Source: an uncultured Chloroflexia bacterium
GTDB lineage: Bacteria > Chloroflexota > Limnocylindria > Limnocylindrales > CSP1-4
Assembly (NCBI GenBank): GCA_963776385.1
Contig: CAVZME010000011.1
Span: 465,195 to 529,194, forward strand
DNA length: 64,000 bases
Direction of reading: 5' to 3'
Shown here: piece after piece, positions 29,929 through 41,662 of the stretch
How positions within the stretch are numbered: the stretch's first letter is position 1
Layout of the letters: each line of letters opens with the position of its first letter
The notes under the pieces: model-generated
The model's input: only the letters and a program-made list of their open reading frames with translations
Databases searched by the model: none
What the model was told of the DNA's origin: nothing
Program-made: the position numbers and the translations under genes

Positions 29929-31139
29929 ATGGCGTCGCACATCTCGGCCGATGAACTCGCCCTTCGGCTCGGCCTCGGGCGGGACCGTGTCGAGCGGCTG
30001 GCGAACGCGGGCGCGATCGAACCCGATGATTCGGGCTGGTTCGACCCTGGCGACGTCCACCGTGTCCGCCTCCTCCTCGCCTTCGAGGATGCCGGAGTCC
30101 CGCTCGATGCATTGCTCGGGGCGAGCCGGGCGGGAGCGATCAGCCTGCGCTACTACGACGAGCTGCACGCGCCGCCGGGCGCGCTGTCGGATCGCTCCTA
30201 CGCGGACTTCGGTGCGTCGCTCGGTCCCGGCCGGCCATACCTTGCCCAGCTCTTCGCGGCGTTCGGACTGGCTGAACCCGAACCCGCGTCACGCCTGACG
30301 ACGGCCGATGAGGCTCTCATCGCCGACATGCTCACCACGGTCGTCGAGACCGGCCAGCCGGATCTCGCCCTCCGGGCGATCCGGATGTTCGGCGAGGGCG
30401 CGCGGCGTGCGGCCGACGGCGCGCTGGGTATCTATGGCGAAGCTGCCGCGCGGATGGGCGACGACCTCCAGGGGCTTCCGACGGACGACCTGTTCGATCG
30501 CCTCCTGCGGCCGTGGGCCCGCTTCGCGCGTCGGTCGGCGGCACTCGCCGCATGGCTGGCAGATCGTCACCTGAGCCGAGCCATCGACGAGTACAGCGTG
30601 ACCGAGACGGAGCGGATCCTCGAGGGCGCGGGATTCGTCGCGCCACGCCTCGATGTGCCGCCGGCGATCGCGTTCGTCGACCTGACCGGCTTCACCCGGA
30701 TGACCGAGGAACGCGGCGACGAGGTCGCGGCGGCCACCGCGATGCGGCTCGGCGACGTGACGATCGACGCGATCCGGGCGCATGGCGGCCGGGTCGTGAA
30801 GCTCCTCGGCGACGGGGTCCTGGTCCGCTTCGACGATGCCGCCACGGCTGCCGCCGGCACGCTCGACCTCTTGTCTGCCCTGCCCCTCGGCCGGTCTCCC
30901 GACCGCCCATGCAGGACTGGCCGCCGGGTCCGCTCATCGTCAGGGACGGCGACGTGTTCGGTCGGACGGTGAACCTCGCCGCGCGGGTCGCGGATGCGGC
31001 TCCGGACGGACGCCTCTACGTGCCGGCGTCGGTCGCCACGAGACTGGACGGCGACGTCTTCCTGGTCGCGTCGGTGGGCGACGCAACACTGCCGGGCATC
31101 GGACCCGTGGCGCTCGTCGATGTCGCGCGGGCATCGTGA
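29929..31139 (+). CDS. MerR-like HTH fused to class III adenylate/guanylate cyclase, two frameshifts near 30880-30930
   Basis: N-term ELALRLGLGRDRVERLANAGAIEPDDSGWFDPGDVHRVRLLLAFEDAGVPLDAL. Cyclase core VAFVDLTGFTRMTEERGD...KLLGDGVLVRF continues after the frame switches as PLIVRDGDVFGRTVNLAARVAD. Confidence 0.65.
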
Positions 31140-31152
31140 CCCGACTGGCCGA

Positions 31153-32245
31153 TCAGGGCTCGGTGACGGTCACCAGGATGCGCTGCGGCGCGGGGTTCGC
31201 ATAGCCACCGAGGTTCCATGCGGGCCTGTCCCCGGGAGCCACGGCTGCTCGCGCCCGGCACGACAGGGTGTGGTCGCCCGTCCGTGACGGCGTCCAGTCA
31301 TACGTCCAGGATCGCCACGCCCACGGCCCGAGATCGGCCGGCCCGAGCGCCGCATCGGCCCACGTCGCCTCGCCATCGACCGACACCTCGACACCATCGA
31401 TCGGCGTGCCCCCGGACCAGACGCGCCCGGTCAGCCGGCACGGACCACCCGGCAGCACCCGGTCACGGGTGAAGAAGTCGGGGATGCCCGGCGGGAGCAT
31501 CAGGGCATGCGGCGCGATCCGCGTAGAGCGGCACGCCCGCCTCCGACGGATCCTGCCGCAGCCGGTACGACCAACTCTGCTGGTAGCCGGTGAACGGCTC
31601 GCGGACGGCCGTCATCGCCGACAGCCACTTCACATTGGTCATCCCGTACCAGCCCGGCACGACCAGGCGCGCCGGCGCGCCATGCTGCGGCAGGAGCGGC
31701 TGTCCGTTCATCTCGAGGGCCACGAGGATCTCCGGTCGCCGTGCCTCGTCCATGGCCAGCGACCGCTCGTAGGTCTGCGCGACCCCGTTCTCGACACCGC
31801 GATCGAGCGCGCTGAAGACGATCTCCACGGCGTCGGCCTCCACGCCTGCTTCGTCGAGCAGCGCGGTCAGCGGGACGCCGGACCATTCGGCGGTGCCGAC
31901 GGCCTCGTGGAGCCACGGCTGGCTGAGCGGGCGCGGCTCGAGCAGCGCCCGGCCGTTCCCGGCACATTCCATCGTGACGGTGACGTGCTCCTGGTCCCGA
32001 GCCCGGAGGTCGGCGAGGGTGAGTCGGAGCGGACGATCGACCGCCCCGCCGAGCTCGAGCGTCCAGGCCGCCGGGTCCACCGCGGGCACGTCGTAGTGCG
32101 TCAGCAGGTAGTGGAGGCCGGTCGGCGTCACCGGATACGCGAGCGCCTCGAGTGGCATGCCGTGGTTGCGGGCCGCCAGGCGGAGTTCCTCGTAGGTCAG
32201 GCGACCCGGCTCTCCGAAGACGGGCGCTGTCGGTCGATCCGTCAT
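31153..32245 (-). CDS. sulfite oxidase-family molybdopterin oxidoreductase (Mo-binding plus dimerisation domains), frameshift near 31480
   Basis: HGMPLEALAYPVTPTGLHYLLTHYDVP...VTMECAGNGR...LVVPGWYGMTNVKWL. C-terminal Ig-like domain in a second frame. Confidence 0.7.
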
Positions 32246-33135
32246 GTCGCGGCCTCGATCGGGACCGCCGTGCCGGACACGCGGACGCCTGCCTCACCCG
32301 GTTCGATCGACACGGTGAGCAGGCTCGGACGTCCCATCTCGACGCCCTGGACGATCTGGAACGTGGCCGGCGCGACGATCTCGCCGCGGTCCCGCAGGTA
32401 GCCGCCGAAGGCCGCGGCGGCGGCCCCCGTCGCGGGGTCCTCGACCACTCCACCGACCGGGAACGGATCCCGGGCACGGAACCTGTCGGCCGCCTCACGC
32501 CAGACGAGCTGGATGGTCGTCAGGTCGTGCGCGAGCATCAGGGACTTGAGGGCCTCGAACGGATACGTCGAGCGTCTCGAGGCGCGACCGCTCATTCGCC
32601 GCAAGGATGAGGTGCTTCGCCCCGGCGAAACCGATCGCCGGCGGCAACCGCGGGTCGAGGTCGCCGGCTTCCCAGCCGAGCAGGTCGAGGGCTGACGCGA
32701 GGAGGCCTGGGTCAGCCTCGCGGACCCATGTCGCGACCGAGGTGAGTGTCGCCCGGGTCGCGCCATCAGGGTCGGTCCCGACCGTGATCGTCACGGGCCC
32801 GCCGTTCGTCTCCAGCACCAGGGTGCCGGAGCCGCCGTCTGCCTGCGACGACATGGATCCGCGGTCCGCCAGCGCGACGCCGCTCGCGATCGTGGCGTGG
32901 CCACAGAACGGGACCTCGGCCAGCGGACTGAAATAGCGGACGCGGAAGGATCCCGGTGCCGAGTCGCCGTGCGGGACCAGGAACGCGGTCTCCGAGTAGC
33001 CGACGTCGGCGGCGATCCGCTGCATCTCCTTGTCGGGTGGGAACGCCGGCCCGATCCAGACGCCGGCCGGGTTGCCGCCGCTCGGGTCGGTCGTGAACGC
33101 CGCGAGGCGAAGGAGGGTCGGCGACGCGTCGAGCA
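32242..33135 (-). CDS. PhzF family phenazine-biosynthesis-like isomerase, frameshift near 32780
   Basis: FTTDPSGGNPAGVW, DVGYSETAFL, FRVRYFSPLAEVPFCGHATI. C-terminal part (LTTIQLVW...EDPATGAAAAAFGGYL) in a second frame. Confidence 0.7.
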
Positions 33136-33311
33136 TGGCTTGCCGGGATACGTCGCCGGGGTCGGTCAGGTGGTCGGCTGCTTCGGCTTCTTGGGCTTCG
33201 GGGGACGCTTGGGGGTCTTGTCGCCCATGACTCAGCTCCTCGTGTCGACCTGGGGTGGTCTGGCAGACGCCGACCCAAACGATAGCGGACCCAGCCGCCC
33301 GGGACCACCTC

Positions 33312-34184
33312 TCAGACGAGCGGCGCGACCTCTCCATGGAACCGTTCGACGCGCGCCACGATCTCGTCGGGGTCCGTCGTGCCGAAGTAGAGCGCGAGAT
33401 GGGTGACGCCGATCGCCGCCCAGGCCCGGATCTCGCCGGCGATCGCGTCGGGGTCGCCGCGCATCGCGTAGCCCTCTCCCGTCCCGGCATCGAATTCCAC
33501 CCGGACACGCGCAGACAGTGAGGGTGTCGGACGCCCGGCAGCCGCGGCGGCGGCGGCGATCGTCGGGATCCTCGCCGCGTACTTGTCCGGCGCCGTGGCG
33601 CTCGAGTGGTAGCCGTCGGCAAGCGTTCCCGCCCGACGCAGCGCGGGCTCCGCTCGACCGCCGATGACGATCGGGAGCGGATCCTGGACGGGCAGCGGGG
33701 CGAATGCGAAGTCCTCGAGTGGATGGAAGCGGCCCCGGAACGGTTCGGTGGAGCCCGACCAGAGGTGACGCCACAGCCGGATCGTCTCGTCGAGGTACGC
33801 CCCCCGCACATGGAAACGGTCGGCCACCGCGAGGTTCGCGAACTCGCCCTCATGCCAGCCGATCCCCACGCCGGCCGTCACCCGGCCCCCGCTCAGCGAG
33901 TCGAGCGTCGCGAGTTCCTTGGCCAGGAGGATCGCGCTGCGTTGCGGGACGACGATCACGCTCGTGGCGAGCCGGACCGATGGGTGGCGCGCGCCGACCC
34001 AGGCGAGCGTCAGGATGGCCTCGTAGATGCGGCCGTAATCGTTGGCCGCATCGTGCGGGACGAGGACGTGGTCCGTCGTCCAGACCGTGGACATGCCAAT
34101 CCTCTCGGCGACCTCGGCGGCTGCGAGGATGCCCTCGGGGGAGGCGCCCGCCGGGAAGTTCGGAAGGCACAGGCCGTAGTCCAT
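33312..34184 (-). CDS. LLM class F420-dependent oxidoreductase
   Basis: Luciferase-like TIM barrel signature (VWTTDHV...). Intact frame. Confidence 0.8.
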   Translation of the reverse strand: MDYGLCLPNFPAGASPEGILAAAEVAERIGMSTVWTTDHVLVPHDAANDYGRIYEAILTLAWVGARHPSVRLATSVIVVPQRSAILLAKELATLDSLSGGRVTAGVGIGWHEGEFANLAVADRFHVRGAYLDETIRLWRHLWSGSTEPFRGRFHPLEDFAFAPLPVQDPLPIVIGGRAEPALRRAGTLADGYHSSATAPDKYAARIPTIAAAAAAAGRPTPSLSARVRVEFDAGTGEGYAMRGDPDAIAGEIRAWAAIGVTHLALYFGTTDPDEIVARVERFHGEVAPLV

Positions 34185-34202
34185 ACCGCGATGGTAGCGG
34201 CG

Positions 34203-35027
34203 CTACCCGGCCGTCGCCGCCAGGACGCGGCCGCTGAATCCCGGCCACGCCTCGAGGGCCCACGGCCCGTACTCGCGGTCGGTCAGCACGACGAGCGCGA
34301 TGTCCGCGACCGGATCGACCCAGATGAACGTCCCTGAGCCGCCGAAGTGGCCGAAGGCCGTCGGGCTGTTGCCCTCGGCCATCCAGTGGGGCGACTTGCC
34401 ATCGTGCAATTCGAAGCCGAGTCCCCAGTCGAGCGGATCGAACCGCCCGACCCCGGGCAGCAACCCGACGAGCCCCGGGAAGGCGACCGACGTGGCAAGG
34501 GTGAACGTGTCCGGCCGGAGCAGGGTCGGTCGCAGCAGCTCCCCGGCCAGCGCGGCGGCGTCGGTGACCGGACCGTAGAGGCCTTGCGACGGCCGCTCAC
34601 GGAGCGACGTGCCTGCCATCCCGAGGGGCTCGAGGATGAACTCGAGCATCAGCTTCTCGAACGGCTGGCCCGCCCGCGCCGCGACATGGGCGGCCACGGC
34701 GTCAAAGCCCGTATTCGAGTAGATCCGGCGCGTTCCTGGCGCCGCGAGGATCATCGATCCCTCGAATCCGAGGCCTGAAGCGTGCGCGAGGAGGTGTCGC
34801 ACGGTCGCACCGGGCGGACCTGCCTCGTCGTCGAGGGTGACCAGGTCGCGTTCCGCGGCGATCAGCACGGTCAGGGCCGTGGCGAGCTTGGTGATCGACG
34901 CCCACCGGAAGACGTGTGCCTCGTCGCCGCGCGACGCGATGACGCCAGCCGGCCCGACCACTGCCGCGGCCGCAGTGTCGGCGCCCCATGTGTCGATCTC
35001 CGCGAGGACGTCGTCGAGGTCGGTCAT
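34203..35027 (-). CDS. beta-lactamase-related serine hydrolase
   Basis: SITK (SxxK) active-site motif in FRWASITKLATALTV. YSNTGF motif. Confidence 0.75.
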   Translation of the reverse strand: MTDLDDVLAEIDTWGADTAAAAVVGPAGVIASRGDEAHVFRWASITKLATALTVLIAAERDLVTLDDEAGPPGATVRHLLAHASGLGFEGSMILAAPGTRRIYSNTGFDAVAAHVAARAGQPFEKLMLEFILEPLGMAGTSLRERPSQGLYGPVTDAAALAGELLRPTLLRPDTFTLATSVAFPGLVGLLPGVGRFDPLDWGLGFELHDGKSPHWMAEGNSPTAFGHFGGSGTFIWVDPVADIALVVLTDREYGPWALEAWPGFSGRVLAATAG

Positions 35028-35127
35028 CGCCGAAGCGTATCGGCCCGACGCCGACCGGGACGTCTGCCTCATGCGGCTGGCCCCTCCGATGGATGTCACG
35101 CTCCAAATCGAAGGCCATGCTGGGCAG

Positions 35128-36727
35128 ATGCCACGACGTCGCCAACGGTGGGCACGAGCCACCGTCCTCGCCACGCTCTTCGCCCTCGTAACGACGGCGG
35201 CCGCGACCGCGACGGAGTTCCCCGCCGGCAAGGAGGGCTACCACAGCTACACCGAGGTGACCGCGGAGGTCGCCGCGGTCGCCGCTGCACACCCCTCGAT
35301 CGTGTCGCGCTTCTCGATCGGCAAGAGCTACAAGGGCCGCGACATCTGGGCGGTCAAGGTCTCGGACAACGTCACCATCGACGAGAACGAGCCCGAGGTG
35401 ATGTTCGACGGCACCCATCACGCCGACGAGCACATGGCCACCGAGATGACGCTGCACATCCTCCACTGGCTCGTCGACGGTTACGGCGTCGATCCGCGGA
35501 TCACGTCGATCGTGAACTCGCGCGAGATCTGGATCGTGTTCGTGGTCAACCCGGACGGCGCCGAATACGACATCTCCGGCGGTCACTTCCATCAATGGCG
35601 CAAGAACCGACAGCCGACGCCGGGCACGTCGTTCATCGGCACTGACCTCAACCGCAACTACGGCTACCACTGGGGCGGTGGCGGACGGACCAGCACGAAC
35701 CCGCCAGGCCATCACCTACCGCGGGACGTCCGCCTTCTCCACGCCGGAGGACCGCGCGATGCGCGACTTCATGGCCAGCCGCGTCGTCGACGGCCGTCAG
35801 CAGATCAGGACGGCCATCACGTTCCACGAATACGGCCGGCTGGTCATGTGGCCGTACGGCTACACCATGACCGACGTCCCCTGGGACATGACGACGCAAG
35901 ACCATGCCGCGCTTGCCAGGATCGGCCGGCACATGGCCGCGACCAATGGCTACCGGCCTGAGCAGGCCAGCGATCTCTATATCAGCTCCGGGACGTCACG
36001 CGACTACCAGTACGGCAAGTACCGGATCTTCTCGTACACCTTCGAGCTGTCGGCGAAGGACTACCCGGACGACTCACTCATCGCGTCGGAGACCGGCCGG
36101 AACAAGGAAGCGGTCCTCTACCTGATGGAGCGAGCATGGTGCCCGTTGGCTGTCCTCGGCGCCACGATCCGGACAGCCCGATGCGGCGCTTTCGATGACG
36201 ACCTCGAGGTCTACCGTGGCTGGACAGTGAACCCGGACGGCACGGATACGGCGCCCGCCGGGGCGCGCTTCGCGCGGGCCAACCCAGCGTCGACCTCGAG
36301 TCACGGGCCGAAGCAGCTGGGCACGACGCGCTCGGGCACGAAGGCGTTCGTGACAGGGGCCCGGGCCGGCGCCACCGCGAATGCCAACGATCTGGACGGG
36401 CGGACGACGATCCGGTCGCCCCGCATCGTCCTGCCCGCGACGCTCGGACAGCGGCTGACATTCGGCTACGTCTTCGCCCACAGCGCGGCCTCGCGATCGT
36501 CCGACACGCTTCGCGCGATCGTCGAGCAGGCGGACGGGACGCAGGTCGAGGTGTTCCGGGTCGTCGGGCGGGCCGCCGACGTCGATGGCGTCTGGCGGAC
36601 GGCCTCGATCGGTCTCGATGCCTTCGCCGGCCAGACCATCCGGCTGCGTTTCGAGGCGAATGATGGCGGCGCGAACAACCTCCTCGAAGTCGAGGTCGAC
36701 GACGTCCGGGTGACCCGCGCCGACTGA
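35128..36727 (+). CDS. M14 zinc carboxypeptidase with C-terminal beta-sandwich domain, frameshift near 35690
   Basis: Signal peptide. HADEH zinc site (FDGTHHADEHMATEM). NPDGAEY, TDLNRNYGYHWGGGG. C-terminal half in a second frame. Confidence 0.75.
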
Positions 36728-36762
36728 TTCGGTCGCCCTCGACGAGGCGTAGGCTTCGGCCG

Positions 36763-38042
36763 ATGGAGGGCGACCCGGACACGAGGCGTGATGCGCTGAC
36801 CCTGCGCTTCCTCGACCCGCGCCTCGAGCGGGACTTCCAGGCCGAGATGGCGCGCACGAACGGTCCACAGGCGCGGGTCGGGGCCGCCGTCGCGATCGGC
36901 CTGTGGCTCGCCGCGGCGCTCATCATCCCGGCAGTCGTCGACGTCGATCGCGCCGTCGTCACGGTCATCTGCGTCGGGATGGCGATCGCCAACCTGGTGG
37001 GCGTCGTCGGGTCGCGCTGGGCGACCACGCTCGATCGCCAGCAGTCCATCGGGTTCGCCCTGAACGGCCTCGCGGGCCTGGCGGTGCTCGCGCTCATCGC
37101 GGTCTCGGGAACGACCGACCGCTATGCCGCGCCGGCTCTCCTCCTGATCGCCATCTTCGCCTTCGTCGTGATCCGTCTGCGGTTCGTCTTCGCGCTGGTG
37201 GCAGCGGGCACGTACCTCGTCGGTTATGTCGTCGTCCTCGTGGCCGGACCGACACGCGGCACCGCACTCGATATCTTCCTGGTCGCCGCGGCCATCCTGG
37301 CCGGCCTCGCGGCGACCTACCTGCTCGAGCGTGGAGCGCGCGACGTCTTCGCGCAGCGGCGGGTCATCGAGCGACAGGCCGCCGAGCTGGCGGAGGCCCA
37401 TGCCACGTCCGAGCGTCTGCTCCTCAACGTCCTTCCGGGATCGGTCGCGGAGCGTCTCAAAGGTGGCGAGACGACGATCGCCGATGCCTACGACGACGCG
37501 ACGGTCCTGTTCGCCGATCTCGTCGGATTCACGCCTCTTGCCTCGAGCCTGAGCCCGGCCGAGACGGTCCAGCTGCTCGACCGGCTGTTCTCGGCCTTCG
37601 ACCAACTGGCAGCCCGCCACGGCCTCGAGAAGATCAAGACGATCGGCGATGCGTACATGGCGGTCGGCGGCGTCCCCGAGGTCTGCGCCGATCACCCGGA
37701 CGCGTCGTGGCGATGGGGCTGGAGATGCTGGACGCGGTCGCCGGTCTCGCGCGGGAGGTCGACCGTCCCCTGGATCTGCGCATCGGTATCCACACGGGGC
37801 CGCTCGTGGCCGGGGTCATCGGCGAGACGAAGTTCATCTACGACCTGTGGGGCGATACGGTCAACGTGGCGAGCAGGCTGGAATCCCAGGGCCTCCCGGG
37901 CGCCGTGCAGATGAGCGAGACGACCTGGCTTCGGTCCGGCCCGGTCACAGCCGAGCGACGTGGACCGATCGACCTGAAAGGTCGCGGGACCGTGGTCGCA
38001 TACGTGGCTCGACGAGTCGGGCAGGTCACCGGTCCGGACTGA
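36763..38042 (+). CDS. membrane-anchored class III adenylate/guanylate cyclase (6 TM), frameshift near 37690
   Basis: Six TM helices then VLFADLVGFTPLAS...KIKTIGDAYMAVGG. C-terminal LRIGIHTGPLVAGVIGETKFIYDLWGDTVNVASRLES in a second frame. Confidence 0.8.
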
Positions 38043-38118
38043 GTCGCTGCACAAGAACCGAAATCCGCGATCCGGACGCCATACCCTATCGAGCACGACC
38101 ACCGTGGCGTGCCGAAGT

Positions 38119-38689
38119 CGAGGCGACCGTGGACCAGCGAGGACTCGTCGAGCGAGCGCGGGGAGGCGATCATGACGCCTTCGCCGAACTCGCCCGTGGA
38201 GCCGTCACGCGGCTGGACCGGGCGGCCCGCCTCATCCTCCGCGATCCGGAACTGGCCCGCGACGCGGTCCAGGAGGCGCTCATCCGAGCCTGGCGCGACC
38301 TCCGGGGTTTGCGTGACCCCGATCGGTTCGACGCCTGGCTCCATCGCCTCACCGTCAACGCCTGTCTCGACATCGCCCGCCGCCGGCGCCGGCGCGTCAT
38401 CGAGGTCGAGCTCGACCCGATCGACATGCCCGACGTCGTCGACATGGCGGGCGCGCTCGCCGACCGCGAGATCGTCGATGCCGCCATGCGCCGGCTCGAC
38501 GAGAGCGGACGGGCGATCGTCGTCCTGCACTACTTCCTCGGGATGCCGCTGACCGACGTCGCGTCGACGCTCGGCATCCCGATCGGCACGGTCAAGTCGC
38601 GCCTCCATCGCGCCCTGGGCGAGATGCGAGTCGCGGTCGGGACCGAGCCCCCGACGCCGTCGCCGGTCCCGGGAGGGCAGGTCGCATGA
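38119..38689 (+). CDS. ECF-type RNA polymerase sigma-70 factor
   Basis: Region 2 (LARDAVQEALIRAWRDLRGL...FDAWLHRLTVNACLD) and region 4 (MPLTDVASTLGIPIGTVKSRLHRAL). Confidence 0.8.
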
Positions 38690-39957
38690 CCACCCCGACG
38701 CGCCTCGAGCGCACCCTGCCCGACGATCCTCGGCGACCTGGCGGCGGGACCCACCCCCGAATACCTCGATGACGTCTTCGCGCGGACCGCGCCGGATGCG
38801 GCAGCGGCCCGGCTGGACGTTCCCCGAAAGGTGGCTCCCGATGGCTGACATCACGCGCTCGCGGGCGTTCGTGCCCGCGCCTCCGTGGCGGCTGATCGCG
38901 ATGGCGCTGGTCGTCATCGCCGTGGTCGCCGTCGCGCTCTTCGCCTACGCCGGCGCCCAGCGGCACGTGCCGGCTCCGTTCGGCCCGGCCCGGAACGGCC
39001 TGATCCCATACGACAAGGACGGCGACATCTACGTCGGCGACCCAGTGACGGGGCAGACGAAGCTTGTCATCGGCGGTCTCGAAGAGGATACCGATGCGGG
39101 CTACTCGCCTGACGGCCTGCAGCTCGGCATGGCTGCGGCACGTTGCTGGTGGTGGCATCGACATCATCGTCTCGCGCGAGGACGGCGGTGGCGTGCGCCG
39201 CCTCAACGCCGCACCGCTCACAGACCTGACCGACGCGTACTACACCCCGGACAGTCGATACATCCTCGTGCGGCATCCGTTCGCCGGGTTTCAGCGGGTC
39301 GAATTGCTCGATGTCACGGGCACGGAGGCGCCACGGGAGCTCGCGGCAGGCTACAACCCGGACAACGTTTCCTTCCGTCCGCCTGATTCCGGCGAGATCC
39401 TGTTCCGCGGGCTCGTCGAGGGTCACTACGCGCATCTTCGTCATGAACGCGGATGGGTCGAACATCCGGCCGATCACTGCGATCGGTGAGACCGAGGACC
39501 TCGGAATGGATCTCAGCGACGTCGTGTACACCGCCGATGGCCAGCACATCCTGTACACCCGCTGGTTCCCCGACTCGATCCAGCTCTGGGAGATGGACGC
39601 CGACGGGAGCAACCAGCATCGCTTCGATTCGCAGGTGGAAGCCGCATGGAGCGGGCAAACGAGGATTTCGCCCGACGGCAGATGGATCGCCTACTGGCAC
39701 GTCTTCAACGACCGGCCCACGCAGCGAATCTCGGTCGATGCGGGCTGACGGCACGGGGCCGATCATCCAGACGGGACCGGAGCTCACGGGCGGGGCCGAA
39801 TGGATCTGGTCACCGGATTCCATCGAAGATCCTGATGATGCCTAGCGAGGACGCGGACCATCGGCAGCACTACCTTCTCGATCCGGCCGGCGGTGCCTGG
39901 ACGACAGTCGCGTGGCAGGGGACGGGCACGCCCGAGTGGCAGCGGCTCGCGCCCTGA
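38686..39957 (+). CDS. putative anti-sigma factor: cytoplasmic N-term, single TM, extracytoplasmic PD40/TolB-like beta-propeller, with at least 4 apparent frameshifts
   Basis: Start overlaps the sigma-factor stop (ATGA). [25 protein letters not shown]. Repeats [29 protein letters not shown] are spread over four frames. Confidence 0.45.
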
Positions 39958-40041
39958 CGCCGGTTTGCCGGGACTCCGGATGAGCATCGTCTCGGGGTCC
40001 CGGCGTCACCGAGTCGTCACGGACCAGGCCTATAGTTTCGC

Positions 40042-40715
40042 CATGAGATTCTTCACGTCCAAGCCCGATACCCTTCCCTCCCCCGCTGAAGCCCTTCCCG
40101 GCCGCTCCGAGCCGATCATGCAGCCGGGCATCCACCGGGTCCTCGGCACACCGCTTGCCGGGCCGTGGCCCGACGGGACGAAGACCGCGATCTTCGGTCT
40201 CGGCTGTTTCTGGGGCGCCGAAAAGGACTTCTGGCAGCTCCCCGGGGTTGTCACGACGGCCGTTGGCTACGCCGGCGGCTCCACGCCGAATCCCACCTAC
40301 GAGGAGGCCTGCTCGGGCAGGACCGGCCACGCCGAGGTCGTCCTCGTGGCCTTCGATCCGTCGAAGATCACCTACGAGCAACTGCTCAAGACCTTCTGGG
40401 AGAACCATGACCCGACCCAGGGCATGCGCCAGGGCAACGACATGGGCACCTCGTACCGGTCGATCATCCTGACCGCGAACGACGAGCAGCAGAGGCTTGC
40501 GGAGGCGAGCCGTGACGCCTACCAGGTCGAGCTGTCAGCCAAGGGCTACAAGACGATCACGACCGAGATCGTCGCCCGCCGGCCCGTTCTACTACGCCGA
40601 GGACTACCACCAGCAGTACCTCGACAAGAACCCCCGCGGCTATTGCCCGAACCACGCGACCGGCGTGAAGCTGCCGGAGGACTTCGTCGTGACGCCGCTG
40701 CAGTACGTGGACTGA
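40042..40715 (+). CDS. msrA: peptide-methionine (S)-S-oxide reductase MsrA, +1 frameshift in a C-run near 40577
   Basis: GLGCFWGAE active site, [48 protein letters not shown] tail. Frame breaks at gcccgccggccc. Confidence 0.85.
40628..40715 (+). repeat. msrA 3'-end repeat, copy 1 (native gene end)
   Basis: AACCCCCGCGGCTATTGCCCGAACCACGCGACCGGCGTGAAGCTGCCGGAGGACTTCGTCGTGACGCCGCTGCAGTACGTGGACTGA. Confidence 0.9.
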
Positions 40716-40773
40716 GGCCGCAGCGCGACGTGCCAACGAACTGGATACGACTCGATGGGTGAAGGGAGCCGCC

Positions 40774-41049
40774 ATGTACGCAGTCGTGGTTCGAGAGACC
40801 GGACAACGTGAGGCGATCGAGGGCAGCGAGGACCTTCTCAAGACGAACCTGCTGCCCCGTGTGCGTGAGGCGCCAGGGGTGGTGTCGGCCTCCTTCATGT
40901 CGGACGGGGACGGCGCGACCCTGAACGTACTCGTCTTCGAAACTGAGGAAGCAGCGCGAGCCGCTCTCCAGATCACCCGCAATGCCCCACGTCCAGGTTT
41001 CCTCGAGCTGGAGAGCGCCGACCTCTACCGGGTGCTCGCGCACTTCTGA
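40774..41049 (+). CDS. small ferredoxin-like (Dabb/ABM-type) protein, 91 aa
   Basis: MYAVVVRETGQREAIEGSE...GATLNVLVFETEEAARAALQ beta-alpha-beta pattern. RBS GAAGGGA. Confidence 0.45.
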   Translation: MYAVVVRETGQREAIEGSEDLLKTNLLPRVREAPGVVSASFMSDGDGATLNVLVFETEEAARAALQITRNAPRPGFLELESADLYRVLAHF

Positions 41050-41085
41050 TGACTCGACCTCGCGACATCGGCGAACGCTGCCGCC

Positions 41086-41202
41086 ATGCCTCGACAGTAC
41101 ACCGACCCCTCCGAGAACCCGCGCGGAAACTGCCCGAACCACGCCACCGGCGTGAAGCTGCCGGACGACTTCGTCGTGACGCCGCTGCAGTACGTCGATT
41201 GA
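41086..41202 (+). CDS. 38-aa peptide homologous to the MsrA C-terminal tail ([38 protein letters not shown])
   Basis: Own ATG. About 85% nucleotide identity to the msrA 3' end over 86 bp. Repeat copy 2 spans 41113..41202. Confidence 0.45.
   Translation: MPRQYTDPSENPRGNCPNHATGVKLPDDFVVTPLQYVD
41113..41202 (+). repeat. msrA 3'-end repeat, copy 2
   Basis: GAGAACCCGCGCGGAAACTGCCCGAACCACGCCACCGGCGTGAAGCTGCCGGACGACTTCGTCGTGACGCCGCTGCAGTACGTCGATTGA. Confidence 0.85.
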
Positions 41203-41300
41203 CGGCCGAATTGCGAGAACGACGGTCCGATCCTCTGCTGGCCTCCGCAATTGGTGACTTCGACGCCGGCGCCCGCTAGGCTTATGTCGGAGGTGCCCCG

Positions 41301-41549
41301 ATGACTGTCCAGGCGGCCTTGGAAGAGGCAATGCACCACGAGACTGCAGCCGGCGTGATGAACTCACTCATCCAACAGGGCGTATGGATCGCCGACGAAG
41401 ACACGATGACGGCGGCGATCCACAACGTGTATTGCGGCATCATGGCCGACCACGAGCATCCGAACGAGAAGGATCGTGACCAGGCTCGACAGATGATCGC
41501 CGCCATCGGTCAGTCCATCGAGGCCGGAACCGCGTCTGCAAAGGACTGA
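41301..41549 (+). CDS. hypothetical protein, 82 aa
   Basis: ORF with plausible start. No recognisable motif. Confidence 0.35.
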   Translation: MTVQAALEEAMHHETAAGVMNSLIQQGVWIADEDTMTAAIHNVYCGIMADHEHPNEKDRDQARQMIAAIGQSIEAGTASAKD

Positions 41550-41662
41550 TGGCGCTCGCCTGCCCCGGAACTCTCGCGCACTCCGAGCGGCCGTCGTTTG
41601 GTGACCTGTCCGATGATCCCGACAGTCGGTTCCAGGTGATGACCTGACCGGCTCGGGGTCCC

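Noticed and set aside
29929-31139. Calling the frameshifted genes (cyclases, kdgK, msrA, SGL etc.) true pseudogenes
   Set aside because: The breaks coincide with G/C homopolymers and domains are otherwise well conserved. Systematic sequencing indels are the simpler explanation, so pseudogene status was reserved for loci that also carry nonsense substitutions or deletions.
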